The notes under the pieces were generated by a model. That model was not told where the DNA came from, ran no database searches, and worked only from the letters and a program-made list of their open reading frames with translations. From Takakia lepidozioides (lineage: Eukaryota > Plantae > Bryophyta): a DNA stretch of 64,000 nucleotides. The first letter of the stretch is position 1. Every line of letters starts with the position of its first letter. Positions 13,163 through 26,510 of the stretch are shown piece after piece. The translations under genes were made by a program, and so were the position numbers. The DNA is taken from the NCBI GenBank assembly GCA_030704615.1, contig CM060732.1, forward strand, positions 44,888,001 to 44,952,000, in the 5' to 3' direction.

Positions 13163-16059
13163 TCATGAGAGGAGAGGAGTTGTGGTCTCTGAGCGGGGAA
13201 GGATCTCGGGGAACTTGGCCGCTGTAGAGGCAGGCAGATTACTTTTTCTTAGACCAGGTCTGTCGTTGACGGGCTTCTTGTAGTTGTGGACGGAACTCGC
13301 AAGACAAAACACAGCAAAATTGAGAGTGCTAACCGCCGCCAAAATCAAGTAGTAATAGTTCAGATGGTTATTGTTCAGATTGTCGTCTGCAAGCCATCCT
13401 CCGTTGAACTTCTCAGTGAAGCCATTGACAGCATTCGCCAGCTCACCACTATGGGAAAATCCCATTGCCACGGGAATGAAAGAGATGCTTGTGCCCATGC
13501 TCCTCATCTCCACAGGCGCCTCAGACCAGAAGAACTCAAACAGCCCGACGTACGCAAAGAACTCGGCACTGTATATCAGGATCCATTGTGGGAGGAGCCA
13601 GAAGATACTTAAAGGTACAACTGCACTGGGATCATCAGTAGCGTTGTGGGAGTTTGCAACCTCCAGACGGATCGATTCAAAGCCTGCAGCATACAACATG
13701 GCGACAACAGAGAGCCCCAAACTAACCCCGATGCGCTGCAAATGGGTGATGCCATGAGGGTAGCCAGTGAATCGACGTATGAAAGGCACAAACCAGCGAT
13801 CGTACGCAACCACTTCGATCAGCACAAAGCCCACAGCTACAGCCGACAGTGATACTGCAGGCGGGTACTCAAAGCTCTTCCCGATCTTTCGCTCCATGGT
13901 GTCGGCTTGAGCTACTGCCCAGATATGCATCTGAGCCATCACTAAATACAAAGGGAGAGCACTCATGAGGATTGGCACGCACCGCACAAGGGCCTTCAGC
14001 TCCTCCACCTGCGTAACTGTGCACAGCCGCCATGGGCTCACAGCGTTCGCCGCGCCGCTTCTGGTCTCGGACTCCTCCACTATCGCTGCTTTGTCTAGGA
14101 CCCTTCATAGAAACAAGCCGCATTCTTCAGTACCAATCCTCATATTCAGAATTTACCAATCCTCAGGCTATATTGAGGCCTAAAGTTGATAATCCGCGCA
14201 CATGCTTATCTTATATTTTCAAAAGGCGCTCCACGTTTGCTAAACCTGCCCCATTTCAGTTCCGTGTACATGTTAACTGAAATCAAGTGCAATTTCTGAG
14301 GAGAGACATTTAGCTCGGGGCTTCTAGGGCTTCGTAGTCTACTGCATAGAGCAACATAAAACGTAACACAAACCTAAAGCTCAACATCTCCCTCAAGACA
14401 CTTCGTCCATCTTTGAGAAACTATATATACATATAAAGTTCTACACTTCCAAGAGAGGGCTCACCCCAAGCCTTCCGAGTGAGGGAGCAAGTGATATCTT
14501 GTGTGGCTGGATGGAGCTGACTCCTGATCATGAACCTCAAAGAGCATGCTGCTGTCAGCTGGTAAGGTTGAGCGCCATTTCCGAGCAGCTGCAACCAGAA
14601 CTTTGGCTAGGCGAGTCAACGGGCTCCCGTGAGCCCGTTGAAATCTGTAGAAGAACGTACCCGAAAGAAAGCTGATGCTCGCAAACACCATGGCCAACCC
14701 TATTGTCGCCAACCCCCACACCCATGAGGCGTTCTGTACTAGATTCGTCACGATTGTCATGGCCCCGATGGCTCCAATGCTCATGTAAAAAAACAACCAG
14801 TTGAAGTAGCTTCGGATACTTTTCCTCTCTTCTGGATCCTCCTGGTCGAACTGGTCGGCCCCAAGGGTCCAGAGAGTGGGTCTCAAAGCACCTGTTCCCA
14901 GAGCTACAGTGTAGAGACCAAAGAAAAATAACGAATATCCTGGGGTCCCAGTGAAGGGCGGGCATGTATGATCGCTGACTGGGCAGTCCGGTTTCAATCC
15001 CGGCACTGAAACTGAGATCACCATTAAAAGGATTCCCTGCATCCATGACAGTACCGTGTAATGAGCAGCTTTGCCACAGGTGACCAGTCACTGCATGGAC
15101 AATCACACTGCACGCAGGAAATCCACTGCCCAAATACTTTCTATGCCAGCGAGATCACTGAAAGCCTCCACATCTGGTCACTGTTCAAATAGTCCCTCCA
15201 GTCCTTCACGAAATTATTTCATAGATCTATCTATTTGTACACTCAAATTTAAACGCAACGAGTGACCCTGCAAAACGTCACATTGCAAGTAGTGATCCGA
15301 CCCAGAATTTGTGATGGTGCACTTACCAGGAGTTCAATGAGTCCTGCGATGACCGTGGTCCAGAACCGTCCCAAGAAAGTGTCAGCGACAAAACCCCCAA
15401 CGAGGGAAGTCATGAACGTTTGTGACCAGTAGTCCGTCACAAGCTTCGCACCCTCCACTCTGGATATGTGCATCGGGCCCGTCAAATACGATATCAGATT
15501 CAACGCGATTCCTAGGCTCACTATTGTCTCCAACATCGCAGCCCCTGTGCCATAGAGCCAAAACATTCAAGAACTCACCTTAATTGGGATCTCTATTTGA
15601 AATTGCTCTGTTAAGTTCTACTCTTGAAAATCTGCTCCCTTTAGTACATTAGATCATCTTCCCTTTCTCTTTGTCTTGAAGACATACAGAACTGAGCCAG
15701 CAATTGAGAAAAATCCCTCGAGTAGATCATGGTAGAGATTTAATGGATAAACTCTGACGCTTCCAGGCTGCAAAGGAGGCTGAAGTCTAGGCTCGAATAA
15801 TTTAGTAGCATTTGAATTCAAAAACGTCGCAATCATGTGGAGTGCATGCTGCCAAGTCGATACCATAAATAAAATAGGCTGGTTTCCACCCTCCAGTCTT
15901 GGCCTTGTCAGCTGGGTGTCCTCTTAGATCGACAGTCCCGTCCTCTGTCGTCCCCAGCAGCCCCTCGCTTACATCTGCCCAGGCTTGCTTGGCATTAATC
16001 TCGAGGTCATCATCCTGCTCCGCCTGAAATACGTACCCACAGCCGATTTCCCAGTTCAT
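13163..16059 (-). CDS. NPF: NRT1/PTR family (NPF/POT) transporter, 4 exons, ~641 aa
   Basis: Exons 16059-15864, 15544-15327, 15036-14465 and 14102-13163 with GT-AG introns join in frame (1926 nt). Motifs DGTVDLRG..KTGGW, GGFVADTFLGRFWT, GADQFD...SYFNW, GSPLTR, LDKAA, PWRLCTVTQVEE, LQRIGVSL, EFFWSEAP. Start codon less certain. Confidence 0.93.
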
Positions 16060-17959
16060 GTTAAGACTCGAACTCGGTGTTTCTCCACTGCCTAACAACA
16101 GATGAGCTCACTTCTCTATAGGCATAGCAACACTGCTGGACGAGGATAAGTACGAGTACCTAGCTGACCTTTGCAGAATTAACGTGCAGGCATAATTTAA
16201 TGTGAGGAGTTTGCATGTATATGTCAATCTTCCAGTCCATGCTTAAAACTGCGACAAACTCTGACCTGAATTCAATGAATTTGCCCCTCTCGATCGAACT
16301 ATAATCTGGCTCCGTGTTTTCTTAACCGTCCAGGCTCTTTCTAAATTGTGTGAAATTAACTGAACATATACATGTACGCACCAGTTTGTACACTTTCAAA
16401 ATTTTTGTGGCTGTCAGGACTACATCTACATTCAGCACAGCTCAATTTTGCTACATGGCTGTTTACAGTTAAGTAATAAATCATCGATGTTCGGAAGCTT
16501 CAGATAGTGTACGTGTACTTCAATATTGAAATGCGTGATTTTCGTTAATCAATGTACTACAGGTACAATATGCATCAATTTCGTGCAGCCGGGGTCAGAG
16601 AAGCATCTACTGTAAACTCTGAAGGATTACCTTTAAATTTCCAATAACCGGTACGGACGCGGGGGCAGTAAACACCATCTCGAACAGCACGTGCAAGGAT
16701 ATCCTTGAGCTCTAGATGTCTGCGTCTCCCTCTCGAATTTTCTCGGTCCGGGACTTCAAGCCTCCCGAATGTGCCTTTGTAGCTCCGAAAATTCTTTCCT
16801 CTGACTTGTCAGATGCCAACCTCTGTCTCAGGCGCTTGCTCCTCCTCTCCGCTGATATCACCTTTAGTCTTACTCAGGACTGGTCGAGCGACCTTTCTCT
16901 CCAGACTGTCACTCTTAATGCTCACAGTCTTCACTCACTCTTCTTAGAACCAAGCGCCTGCAATAGCTTTGTTGCCTGACTCTCTTTAGCTCCCAATTGT
17001 GCACATCCAGCCAGGTATCTGCTTCCGCCCCTCAATCACTCGTCCTCCGGCAATCACAATGACTCTTCCTTGCTCTTCTCTCAATCAAGTACGTCTAGAC
17101 ATATGTCAATGGCATGCATGTGAGGCACATTAGGTCAATAACGCGACTAAGAGCAGGGGGGTTTCGGGCTGTGAGCAAGAAGCGTGGACTAGTAGATGCA
17201 GTATGCGGGTATCAAAGAAAACGGGATCCCACACAAGCGGGGTCAAATGCAAAGCCATCGCTGCTTTCCAGCAGTCGAGGCAACGACCACGACCGCCGCC
17301 GTCGTTAGTGGGATTATTAGTGACTAGTAATGTGCAACCGGTGAGTAGTTACTGTCAACAAGGGTGGGTTAGTAAGCACCAAGGGCGGGTTAGTGAGAAT
17401 GGACACACTATAGCATGCGCATGGGCGGCAGCGGGTATCTTGACGTCTGTGCTCTGACCTGGTCAGGAGTGACAGGCCTCTTTCCGGATGGCTCTTTACC
17501 GGCCGGATAAATGTCCGCTATGCTGTAGGGGTTAACGTTGGCCGGGCAGATGGGCGGGCAATCATTGTCAAAATATACCTTAGCTAAAGTAGATCTTGTA
17601 CAAGGTACCCCTACATGTATATATATGACGCCAGCTGGAGCTAGCGTAAATAAGAGCCTCCTCCCCCTCTTCCCTTTGCAGGTACTGGCCCCTTTTATAC
17701 CATAGTGGCCAGCTGGCCACTTTCAATCTTTCTTTTGTTGAGGATTAAGGCTCTAAAAATTAGTGACCTAATCAATCTATGAATAAAGACATTTGTTGTT
17801 TGTTTTGTTTTGTTTTGTAGCGTTGAGATGTCCCGAACCGCGAGGCCCCGGGGCTGGTGCTTGGTACCGTTGGAAAGCCCTCGACGAGGAGGGGTGCATG
17901 GGCTTGGTCTCATGATTTTTGGACCTGCGGTGTGGGAAATACGGAATTCCAAGTACTTT

Positions 17960-18545
17960 TGGTAGTTGGAAATTCACAAAAAAATAGCAAAAATGGCAAA
18001 GTGGGCATTCCTGGGACAATGGTTGGAGCTTCGACAGGAGAGATATCAAGGGAAAGGTCTCCGGTTCAAATCTGGTCATAGGTTCTGTGGAAAAAAATGA
18101 TTAAATATGGCTTGCTTCATATATTGATGCACTTGGACTTAGATGACATTGGACACTTGGGCCAACGGCACAGGCTACCCTAGACTCTAGGGCGATATAT
18201 CAATATATATTACTACTCAATAAATTCATGGAAAAAGAAAGTGGGGCCTTGATATGGGAGACGTACTTGGATACGTAGGAGATTCCATTTGGGCTTAGAT
18301 AACACTGGACACATAGGAGATGCACTTTGATACATAGGGGATTCAAGCACTTAGACTTAGATGACATTGGACACTGGGCCAACAACACAGGCCGCCCTAG
18401 TACTTGGGGTCACTGGAAATTCACAAAAAATTGCAAAGTGGGCATTCCTGGACAATGGTTCGACAGGAGAGATATCAAGGGAAAGGTCTCCGGTTCAAAT
18501 CGGGTCGTAAGCTCTGTGGAAAAAAAAAATGATTAGATATGGCTC
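17960..18545. repeat. Locally duplicated segments (probable TE-derived repeat)
   Basis: ggaaattcacaaaaaa...caaagtgggcattcctgg...gagatatcaagggaaaggtctccggttcaaatc at ~17968-18100 and ~18415-18540; gcactt(g/a)gacttagatgacattggacact at ~18130 and ~18347. Confidence 0.7.
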
Positions 18546-19109
18546 CAGAAATTAGAAACGGCCCGAATTATTGGGACCTAGAAAAGAAAACCCTTTATTC
18601 AGGCTAAGAAGAAGGGTGCCCAAAAGCAGAGACCCTTTAGGCAGACACCCCATGTATGGGGAGATTTGGCAGTGGATGGTATTCCTAGTGGGACCCACAA
18701 AAGGAAAATCTGCAGCACCCCTAACCAAGCTTCCAGAAGTCTCCCTTGGCACGGCCGACACCGCCACCGCCATGACCATCTATTTTGCACGCATGTGGAG
18801 ACTGACATTCTGCCCGCTCCATGGGGATTCTAAAAGCCATTGCAAGGAAGACGGGACATGTTGAGGACGAGGGAAAAGCTGAACAAAATGCTCCAAAGAA
18901 AAGACGTCTCAAACCAACATAGGAAACCAAAGCAGGAAGCTAAAGCGAAATTTTTGCAAGCCAGTGTCACGATTGGTGTTGGAGCAAAATTATGGAATAG
19001 GTACCACAAGAAATTATATGTTAGGTCAAATAAGTATCTAGAATACTAGATTAGAATTAGTAAAAACAAAAAAAAACAAAATATAGACAATAATTTTGCC
19101 ACTTAATTA

Positions 19110-19136
19110 GGCCCCGGCCGCACCGGGCTGCTATCG
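19110..19136 (+). mobile_element. Putative PIF/Harbinger left terminus
   Basis: TTA followed by GGCCCCGGCCGCACC...CTGCTATCG; a near-identical terminus follows TAA at 26656; a Harbinger transposase lies downstream. Confidence 0.6.
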
Positions 19137-19441
19137 TAAAACAGTTGCTAACGGGTTAGCAGGCCCGTTTTCCTAACAGCTGCTCCAACTAAAATTATCT
19201 CTGCCGCACAAAAGTTATCGTAACAAAAGTTAGCGCGACGTTTTAGTTTGAAAGCATCGTTCGCTGCCCGTGCCCGTTTACCCTCGCCACGTTTGCTCGT
19301 CGTTTCTCCTATCAGCATGCTTTCAGTTGCGGTGCGCTATTGTTCAGTGGCCTGACAAGTGAGTACCATTTCTAACATGGTTTCTTGCGCACTGTGAATG
19401 AGTAAATCTGACAAAGAACTAATCCAACATTTGTGTTGCAG

Positions 19442-20551
19442 GCATATGGGAAAAATCCAGGATGCAGACTACAAAAGCTTGGTGGAATTGGCCACAAAAC
19501 ATCTGACTCTCAATGATTGTCCAGCGCAAGAAACAGTCTAGTTGCAGGTCGACCCTAATAGCCTTTGCTTGGGAACTTGAAATTTCTTCCCTTCTGCACA
19601 TGAGTACCTCTCTTTGGCCAGTGAGTGTTAGCAGCTTCTAAGTTTACACTATTTCTCATGTTTAAATGGAGGACAACAGATCCATATATCATACCAATCT
19701 GACCTGAGGTATATGTCTCATAAACAATCGCAATCTAAAGTGGCACATGCACCATGTGGGCTTCACAACAGCCATGTACTTGAAGATGCCTGGGCTTCAC
19801 TTCTATCTTCTTGCTTGCAGGTTACTGCCCAGGCTGCATTCCACTTTGCAATCAAAGAGATGGAAGATGATTCGGACAATAAGAGACAGACTTTGGATAA
19901 GCTCATGCAGATAATCATGGACACCAAGGTGTCTCCGACCACCTACTCACTTGCAATTGTCTCTATTCCCCACCCCGTCCCCTACCTCCCTTTTGCATTT
20001 AATCCTTCACATGTCCTGCTTCATCCAAAGTCCTCCCACCCCTTTCTCTGCTTTCAGCGGACGTTATGAAGCACCATTTCATTTCATTTCATTTCCTTTC
20101 ATTTCTGTTCCTTTTCAGAGGCCCAGGCAATGGCTGAAATTACTGCACTACATGTGTGCTTAGTTTAACAGAAAGTCTCGATTAGCCATAAGAATTGCCC
20201 CACATCAAGTAGATTTTAGTGACCACAAGCCTCACTGACCTGTCCAACAACAGATCAAAGGTCGCTGCAATGTACCAAATAAGACACAGTGCCACTTCAG
20301 GTGGTGGACATCCGAAAGTACTATGAAACAGTTGAAGTCATGCGCTACATGATGGAGTATAATCAACAACTGGATCATTTCACTATCACAGATGAGGCTG
20401 AGGAAATTAATGAAGCTGAGCTCTCCATAGCTCTTGAGAGTGTGTTTCCAAGAAAAGGATTTTTGCATTGGATGGACATGCCCAATGAAGAAAAGGTGCT
20501 ACAAATACAAGAATTGGCTGATGTTGTCCTGGGTGTCCACATTTTTAACAA
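19442..20551 (+). pseudogene. CFAP206: CFAP206-like (cilia/flagella-associated) gene fragment, 3 exons
   Basis: Exons ~19442-19547, 19821-19928 and 20301-20551 with GT-AG introns. ELSIALESVFPRKGF...EEKVLQIQELADVVLGVHIFNK resembles the CFAP206 AALQSVFP...QLKELTMIVTGIRLFN block. One in-frame stop; no full gene. Confidence 0.65.
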
Positions 20552-21923
20552 GTAAGAGCTTACCTCAGTCAAAGCAATGAACACAAATTGATTTTGTCGT
20601 TCTATATCTCTATGCTCTACCTCCAGAGTTCAGATCTGAATAAAGAGATGAGAATGCATACATGGAGGGTCACAGAGTGAGGGTCCTCGGCAACTGATTT
20701 GTCAAACCATGTGCCCTCATTTGTAATAACAAATGTCAATGAAGAGAAAAATGACATCATAAACATCCAACAGATGGCCCAGTGGTAAGGGTGCAAATCT
20801 GCTTGGTTATGGCCATCGGAAGGTGTCCACCTTCCAATTGAGAGGAAGTAGCCCTTTACCAGGTGAATAATCTACACTTGCTTTGGCACAAGGCCATCTG
20901 TTTTGGCATCTTGTGCCAGGCCAAGCTTGCGTTATCACTACTTGGAGACTCAAATGACCACTTCCCCCCTAGCCCTGTGGAGGGAGTAGAACTTGTCCCT
21001 CTTTCTGCTCTTCATTTCTAATAATGCTGTAACTAGAACCACGATAGTTTGTCTGTGATGGTGGGCAGATATATGGGGAAAGGGGGATCCACTCTACAGC
21101 TTCTCTTTGAGCCATATGAGATGGAGTACGCCATAGCCGAAGGTCGTGGGTCATTTTGAAATGAAGGATGCTCAGTCTCTCTTTGAAAGATGAAGGTGTT
21201 GTCGTTGCTCAGTCTCTTTGAAAGTTTTGTGGGGTGCGCAGCCAGCAGGCCGCCAAGAAAGAACACTGGTGAGCTACGAGACCCTGCAATAGTACAGACA
21301 GTGCATCTGTGGAACTGTCAAAGCAACTGCTGGTTGTAGCAGATGAATGTGCGGTAACGCCTCATATGTTTTAGTTGTGACCCAGCTCTTTAGTCACAAC
21401 ATTGCAATATACAAGCTAATGCCACCAATGGTTTGCAGGATCTGTATATGTTGGCATAGTAGCTAGGGACATTTACAGATCAAACCTAGAAAACTCCCCA
21501 GACCCCTGATGGCTTGTGCTTGACAGCAGTTCATGTATAATGTGGAGATTTTCTTCTAAGTAAATACAACCAAGTGTCATACACCAGTAATTGCTCGCTG
21601 TGGTGCTCTGTTGCAGGGGCTGAGTGGGCAAGCATTATGCAAGACACACATTTGAGCTGCGGGGATGTTGCCATCTTTCCACATTTGTGAAGACTTTGCA
21701 TACTCACCGCAATTCCAAAGTCAGCGTGAATCTAGCAGAGGCATGGTCGAAAGAAGACCCATTTCTTTTTGCCAGTAACAATCGCATTAGCAGAGGAATT
21801 GGGGAGTTTATCTACCAGAAACAATTCTACAGGAGTAAATTTTGTATCTCTCCTGCTAGATAACAAGTCAACAGTGCTGCTGGGTCTGTAGCCACACTTC
21901 GGACTTGGAGCCCATATTGTTGG

Positions 21924-23255
21924 GTGAGTCACAACTCCTTTCCCTCCCCCACCATTGCTCATAGGATGGAACCGGTGATGGACAAGAATGTGCTCCTGGT
22001 ATTGGCAGAAATTCTGGTCCTCATGCAATACATACTGGATCAATTTCCAGAGTTGTTTGGATTAGGACATTGCCCACCAATTTTGCATATGGAAGCATCG
22101 CTTTTACAAGTCCAAATTATGGAGGAGGACGAAGATGATACCCTTGAGGAATGCATCCAACAATTTCGTTCGAACCTCAACACGCTCTTCATGATAAAGT
22201 ATCTCAAGCCTAGAGGTTCTATTCCGTCTGGGATGTGGTTGAAGCACAGGTCTAGAGCATGGTTTCAAGATTTTCTCTTGGAGTATGATGATGAACGATC
22301 GCTCACATTCAATTGGCTTTGCAATGTCCTTGCTCCTTGGATTCTATGCAGGACACTAACTATCGCAAGGCTCTATCTATTCCCATGCGGGTTGGGGCTG
22401 TATTGTACAAATTGATATGGGCAGCAACTACCGCAGAAATTACAGAGGCATTCGGGATTTGTGCGTCTTCATTGTATGACCTTTTGCGTTAAGTTGTACC
22501 CGCCATTGTGTCTGCATTAGGGCACCACCTTTAATGGCAAGCTGGCGACACCCTAAGAAAATCCATGCTTGAAAATGAAAGGAGGTCTGGAATTCCGAAC
22601 GTGGTTGGTGTGATTGACTGTACACAAATTAGGATTCCAGCCCCTGCAAACAACATCAAACATGACTACCGAAACAGAATGGGATACTATTCTATGGTGT
22701 TGCAAGGGGTTGTAGATCCGGATGCTAAATTCATAGATATCTACGTTGGGGAGCCAGGAAGTATGAATGACTCAGTATGAATGACTCTAGAGTGTTGCGC
22801 AATCCCTCCTCTTCTATCCAGCGTCTCAGGGGAGGATACTGCGGGGAGAAAGCGTCATTTTGGACAATGGGCATACGATCCCTCCTATTCTTCTTGGTGA
22901 TGCTGTATATCCTTGCCTTCCTTGGCTAATCCCTAGTTACAAAAGAGCTGCTAATGCTCCGGCTCTCTCTAGAGCCAAAACTGTGTTCAACCATCAATTG
23001 TCAAAGGCGAGGATTTATAGTGAAATTGCATTTGGGCGGCTCAAATGTACTTTCAAAGAAGTGGGCTGGAGAAGCGGCCTTCACATTGAGTTCCTGCCAC
23101 AGGCTGTTCATGCATGTTGTATTCTTTACAACATTCTGATGGACTTTGACGATGTGTTCAACGAGATGGATGCACTTGGAGCAATTAGGGAACGGGATCA
23201 TTTGGCCCAAGATCGAGAACCAGCTGCCGATCGGGTCCAAAATGTGGCCCGCTGA
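21924..23255 (+). pseudogene. PIF/Harbinger (HARBI1/DDE_Tnp_4) transposase, disrupted
   Basis: VVGVIDCTQIRI (D1), NRMGYYSMVLQGVVD...GEPGSMNDS, LLGDAVYP (D2), FNHQLSKARIYSEIAFGRLK (E); split by frameshifts and a short duplication at ~22763-22790. Confidence 0.9.
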
Positions 23256-23406
23256 GCTACGGGATATTTTATGTAGCCATATTTTGCACGCATAGTGAGG
23301 TCAATGTTAAGCTGCTAAACTATCTTCGTTCCATCAGGTCTTGTTGACATTGTTTCTTATAGCAAGTAAAGCAGAATTCACAACTTCTGTACTTTTTCTT
23401 TCACAG

Positions 23407-23620
23407 GGCTAAAGACCCTGCCATTTGCAATTGGAGTGGCCATCTATGCGTTTGAAGGCATCAGTCTTGTTCTTCCTCTTGAAACATGCATGGGGAATAG
23501 ATCCAAAGTTTGGGATTGTCTTGGGGGCTGCATGACTTGTATCCTGCTCTTGTACCTGGCATTTGCAGTCCTTGGATACTTCGCATTTGGGTGAAACAGC
23601 AATCCGAATAGTAACAAGAG
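23407..23620 (+). pseudogene. Amino-acid transporter (Aa_trans, ANT1/AVT3-like) exon fragment
   Basis: After a ttttcacag acceptor: GLKTLPFAIGVAIYAFEGISLVLPLE, then frameshifted LLYLAFAVLGYFAFG. Confidence 0.75.
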
Positions 23621-23977
23621 ATTCTGGTTGTAAGATCTTGGCTTTTCTAAGGTCTGTCTCACAATCCATTTGTATCCAGTCAATGGAAAGGACCTGAGCA
23701 CGGTGCTTCCTTGCTCTTCTCCCTCTCAACGGAAGGTCACACATATTCAGCAAGTCACTATCAATCTTCTGGCAGACATCCTTTGGTCTTGCTTGTAAAT
23801 CGAGACTCGCCAGATGTTGCTCATTTTTACCTTTGCAATGTGCCTTGTAATATGTAAAGAAAGAGAATCATTAGCAGGTAAACCAGTGGTTGGGCGCTCT
23901 CATCACTGAATAATTGTGTTTGCTGTAGCCTTTGCCATAGACCTTTAGTGAAAGCAGAGAAGGAGACTGACACAGCT

Positions 23978-23996
23978 TTTAGGGTTTAGGGTTTAG
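23978..23996 (+). repeat. Short interstitial plant telomere repeat (telo-box)
   Basis: tttagggtttagggtttag. Confidence 0.6.
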
Positions 23997-24803
23997 ATTG
24001 ACAATGACTAATTGAGAGACATGGAATTAAAGACTAGAAGGGAGGGGTCTGGAAGAGATGGGTTTCAGTCTGGAAAGGAGGGGTCTCGAAGAGATACATA
24101 TCAGTCTGGAAGAGAGGGGTATCAGTATGGATCAGGAAATGGGTATCCGTCTACTCGTAAGTACCTCTGCTCTGCCTTTTCTTCCATTGTATATCCTAGC
24201 ATTGGTACCTTGCATGTTGTTTGTTGACTTGCAGGCCTTACTTAATTGCTGAATTTTGAGTGACCTCTATTGAGATTTTATTTGTCTGATTGCAATAGCA
24301 ATGTGGTCTCCATTGTGACATGGTGTAGAGGGAAGCCCTTGCTGGAAATTCTGCAAGCTGAATAGTTGTTCCAAGTGTCCAGAACCTTTGCAGGGCCATC
24401 TTGTGCCTTAGAGACCTCACCTTGACGACACCAAATCATTGTTTCCTTTTGTCCGAGGAACTGGTACTCTGCATATTGTTTTTTGCTCTTGAGCAAACTG
24501 TTGAGGTGTGAATTTTGGTTACAGGTGATGTTCTGTTATGGAGCCTATGATGGCTCAATACCCTAGCAATATTGTTCTGAGTTCACTTGTTTTTGTACAC
24601 TCTTATCTGAATTGCATAATGTAGGTCAAATAAATGTGTTTGTACGATCATCTACACTATTTAATTTTAAATAAAGATTCTAATCTGACCCATGCATTGA
24701 TGTAAATCCTACCTTGCGCCGCGCATTTGATGGGGTGCAAAGGTTAATCTTGTTCATTTCTGGTTGAGTCTATGTATTAATTGGTCTGGCTGGCTGGTTA
24801 CAG

Positions 24804-24897
24804 AACAAAAAGGAGAGGAAGAAGGTCTGAGAGGTGGGGATTCTGAAGAAGGACCTGCATGCCATCAAGGAGCAAATCAGAAAACTTGAAATGATGA
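24804..24897 (+). pseudogene. ELF5: WBP11/EARLY FLOWERING 5-like single exon fragment
   Basis: NKKERKKV*EVGILKKDLHAIKEQIRKLEMM between cag and gt matches the WBP11/ELF5 N-terminal NKKERKKVREVGILKKD motif; CGA-to-TGA stop. Confidence 0.7.
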
Positions 24898-25499
24898 GTG
24901 TGTGCTTTTTTCTTCCCATTTAGCACTATTTTCCTTTGTTTCATGTATCATGTCAGAGTAAGTGCAAAAAGGAAACTACTGTGGCCAGGGAGACCTGGAA
25001 GAGAGAGGAAGATAGTAATCCTCTCCAACCCTTCCCTCTTAATGCTGGCTTGTTTTTGAGGGCATAGTCCCTGCAAGCTACTAACCCTCCCAGTGCTGTT
25101 ATGTGTTGAAACCCACCAGGTATGCAGCTATGTGTGGGGTCTTACAAGCAGATGACAATCAGCTGTTGTTGGATTTAAGGGAGGCATTTACATCAAAACA
25201 ACAAAGCCTGGTGTTGTAATTGGCACTGCTACTGTAGCCCCCTTTCTTAACCAAGATTTGTCACCGGTGGTGTAGAGGGAAGGGTAACACATGTGGGAGA
25301 TGGGGAAGTAATGAAGAGAACTAGGTGGTGTTTACATTTACAATGTCACAGTTGACTTATCCTGATGTGCATAGAAAGGCAGATGTTTACATGCAAGGAG
25401 TTTTAAAAATTGGTTGGAAGTTAACCTTTTCTGTTGGCAGATGGTGGAAATGGTTGAGTTTATGACATTGGCCATTTGAGCCATTTGATCAACTCTACC

Positions 25500-25640
25500 C
25501 CTGCTGTACACGTGGGTGTAGCAAGCCTGATGCGAAGGAGGAGTTCGACAATATGGCTAAATGAGATGTGGTATTTTGGAGTGCCATGATTGCAAGGTAT
25601 GTGCAGCATGGGTATAGGAGTAAGGCTTTGGAAACCTAAG
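25500..25640 (+). pseudogene. PLS-class PPR motif fragment
   Basis: CSKPDAKEEFDNMAK*DVVFWSAMIARYVQHGYRSKALET resembles the PPR consensus A..VFD.M..RDVVSW.AMI.GY.QHG. Confidence 0.7.
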
Positions 25641-26149
25641 AATGAAGTCTGAAGTGCTCCCACTACTATTCTGGAAGGCAATGAAGGAGAAGAAGCTGGC
25701 TATGATAGGTTGTTGTTAACTGGGAGCACGAAGGCCTAGAGAGATAGAGGAAGAAGAAAGAATGAGAGGCTGTGAAAGTCAAAAATTCGGGAAAAACGAA
25801 ACAGTTGGACAAGGGTATAAGTTGGCAACAAGAGTGGTTTCTAAGTCGAGACTGGATTAAGATGAGTGAATGACGACATTTGAGTGGTCACAGACAGCAA
25901 AGTGGGAGCTGGTGGACACGAGCAGCCTGAATGGCACTCTGCTCAACAAGCGACCAGTAGCTGCAGTCCCCATGGCTAATGTATCCGGGAGGCAAGAAGA
26001 TATAACAGGTGTTTTGTAATGGCAGGAAATATATGGCAGCAGATGGTAGAGACAGGCAGCGTGTAGCAACATTCTGGGGAGTAGGGGCTGGCCTGCTTCT
26101 GGCAGTGGTTGCGTTCGCTGCCAGAGCGTGGCAACGCCAGTCAAGACCT

Positions 26150-26510
26150 GCCAAAGTGCCGGTCACTCTTCTGTCAGGATTTTTGGGTGCAGGCAAGGTA
26201 GGACTTAGAATTGAATGGGACAAATTAGGCTGTGAAGATTGGCATTCTTATATATACCACATGCATGTCAGTCTCCACCCTATTCACTTTCTTGTAAAAT
26301 GAGACGCCCCACACAAGCCCAATAGCAAGTGTACAATTGTGTACTTATTGAACTGTGTGCATGCTCTTAAAAAAATGTATGTGCAGACTAATGAAAGGGT
26401 GGTGTGGGAAGTGGAGGATACAAACAACACTTTTGGCACAGCTGCTGAAAAATGCCACTGGTCTCCTCCTTGGAATTCGTGTAAATGATCTCGCCGAGGT
26501 TAAACTTTGA
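26150..26510 (+). pseudogene. COG0523/CobW-family GTPase N-terminal fragment
   Basis: KVPVTLLSGFLGAGK, then a gtagg donor, then TTLLAQLLKNATG..GIRVNDLAEV (P-loop plus VND motif). Confidence 0.75.

Noticed and set aside
13286-14280. Plus-strand ORFs overlapping the NPF gene (and similar antisense ORFs over the gypsy pol)
   Set aside because: Shadow frames of real minus-strand coding sequence with no independent motifs
16580-16600. gtgcagccggggtc as the partner Harbinger TIR
   Set aside because: It lies upstream in the wrong orientation to pair with 19110 and has no TWA flank
23978-23996. True telomere or chromosome fusion site
   Set aside because: Fewer than three units; consistent with an ordinary telo-box
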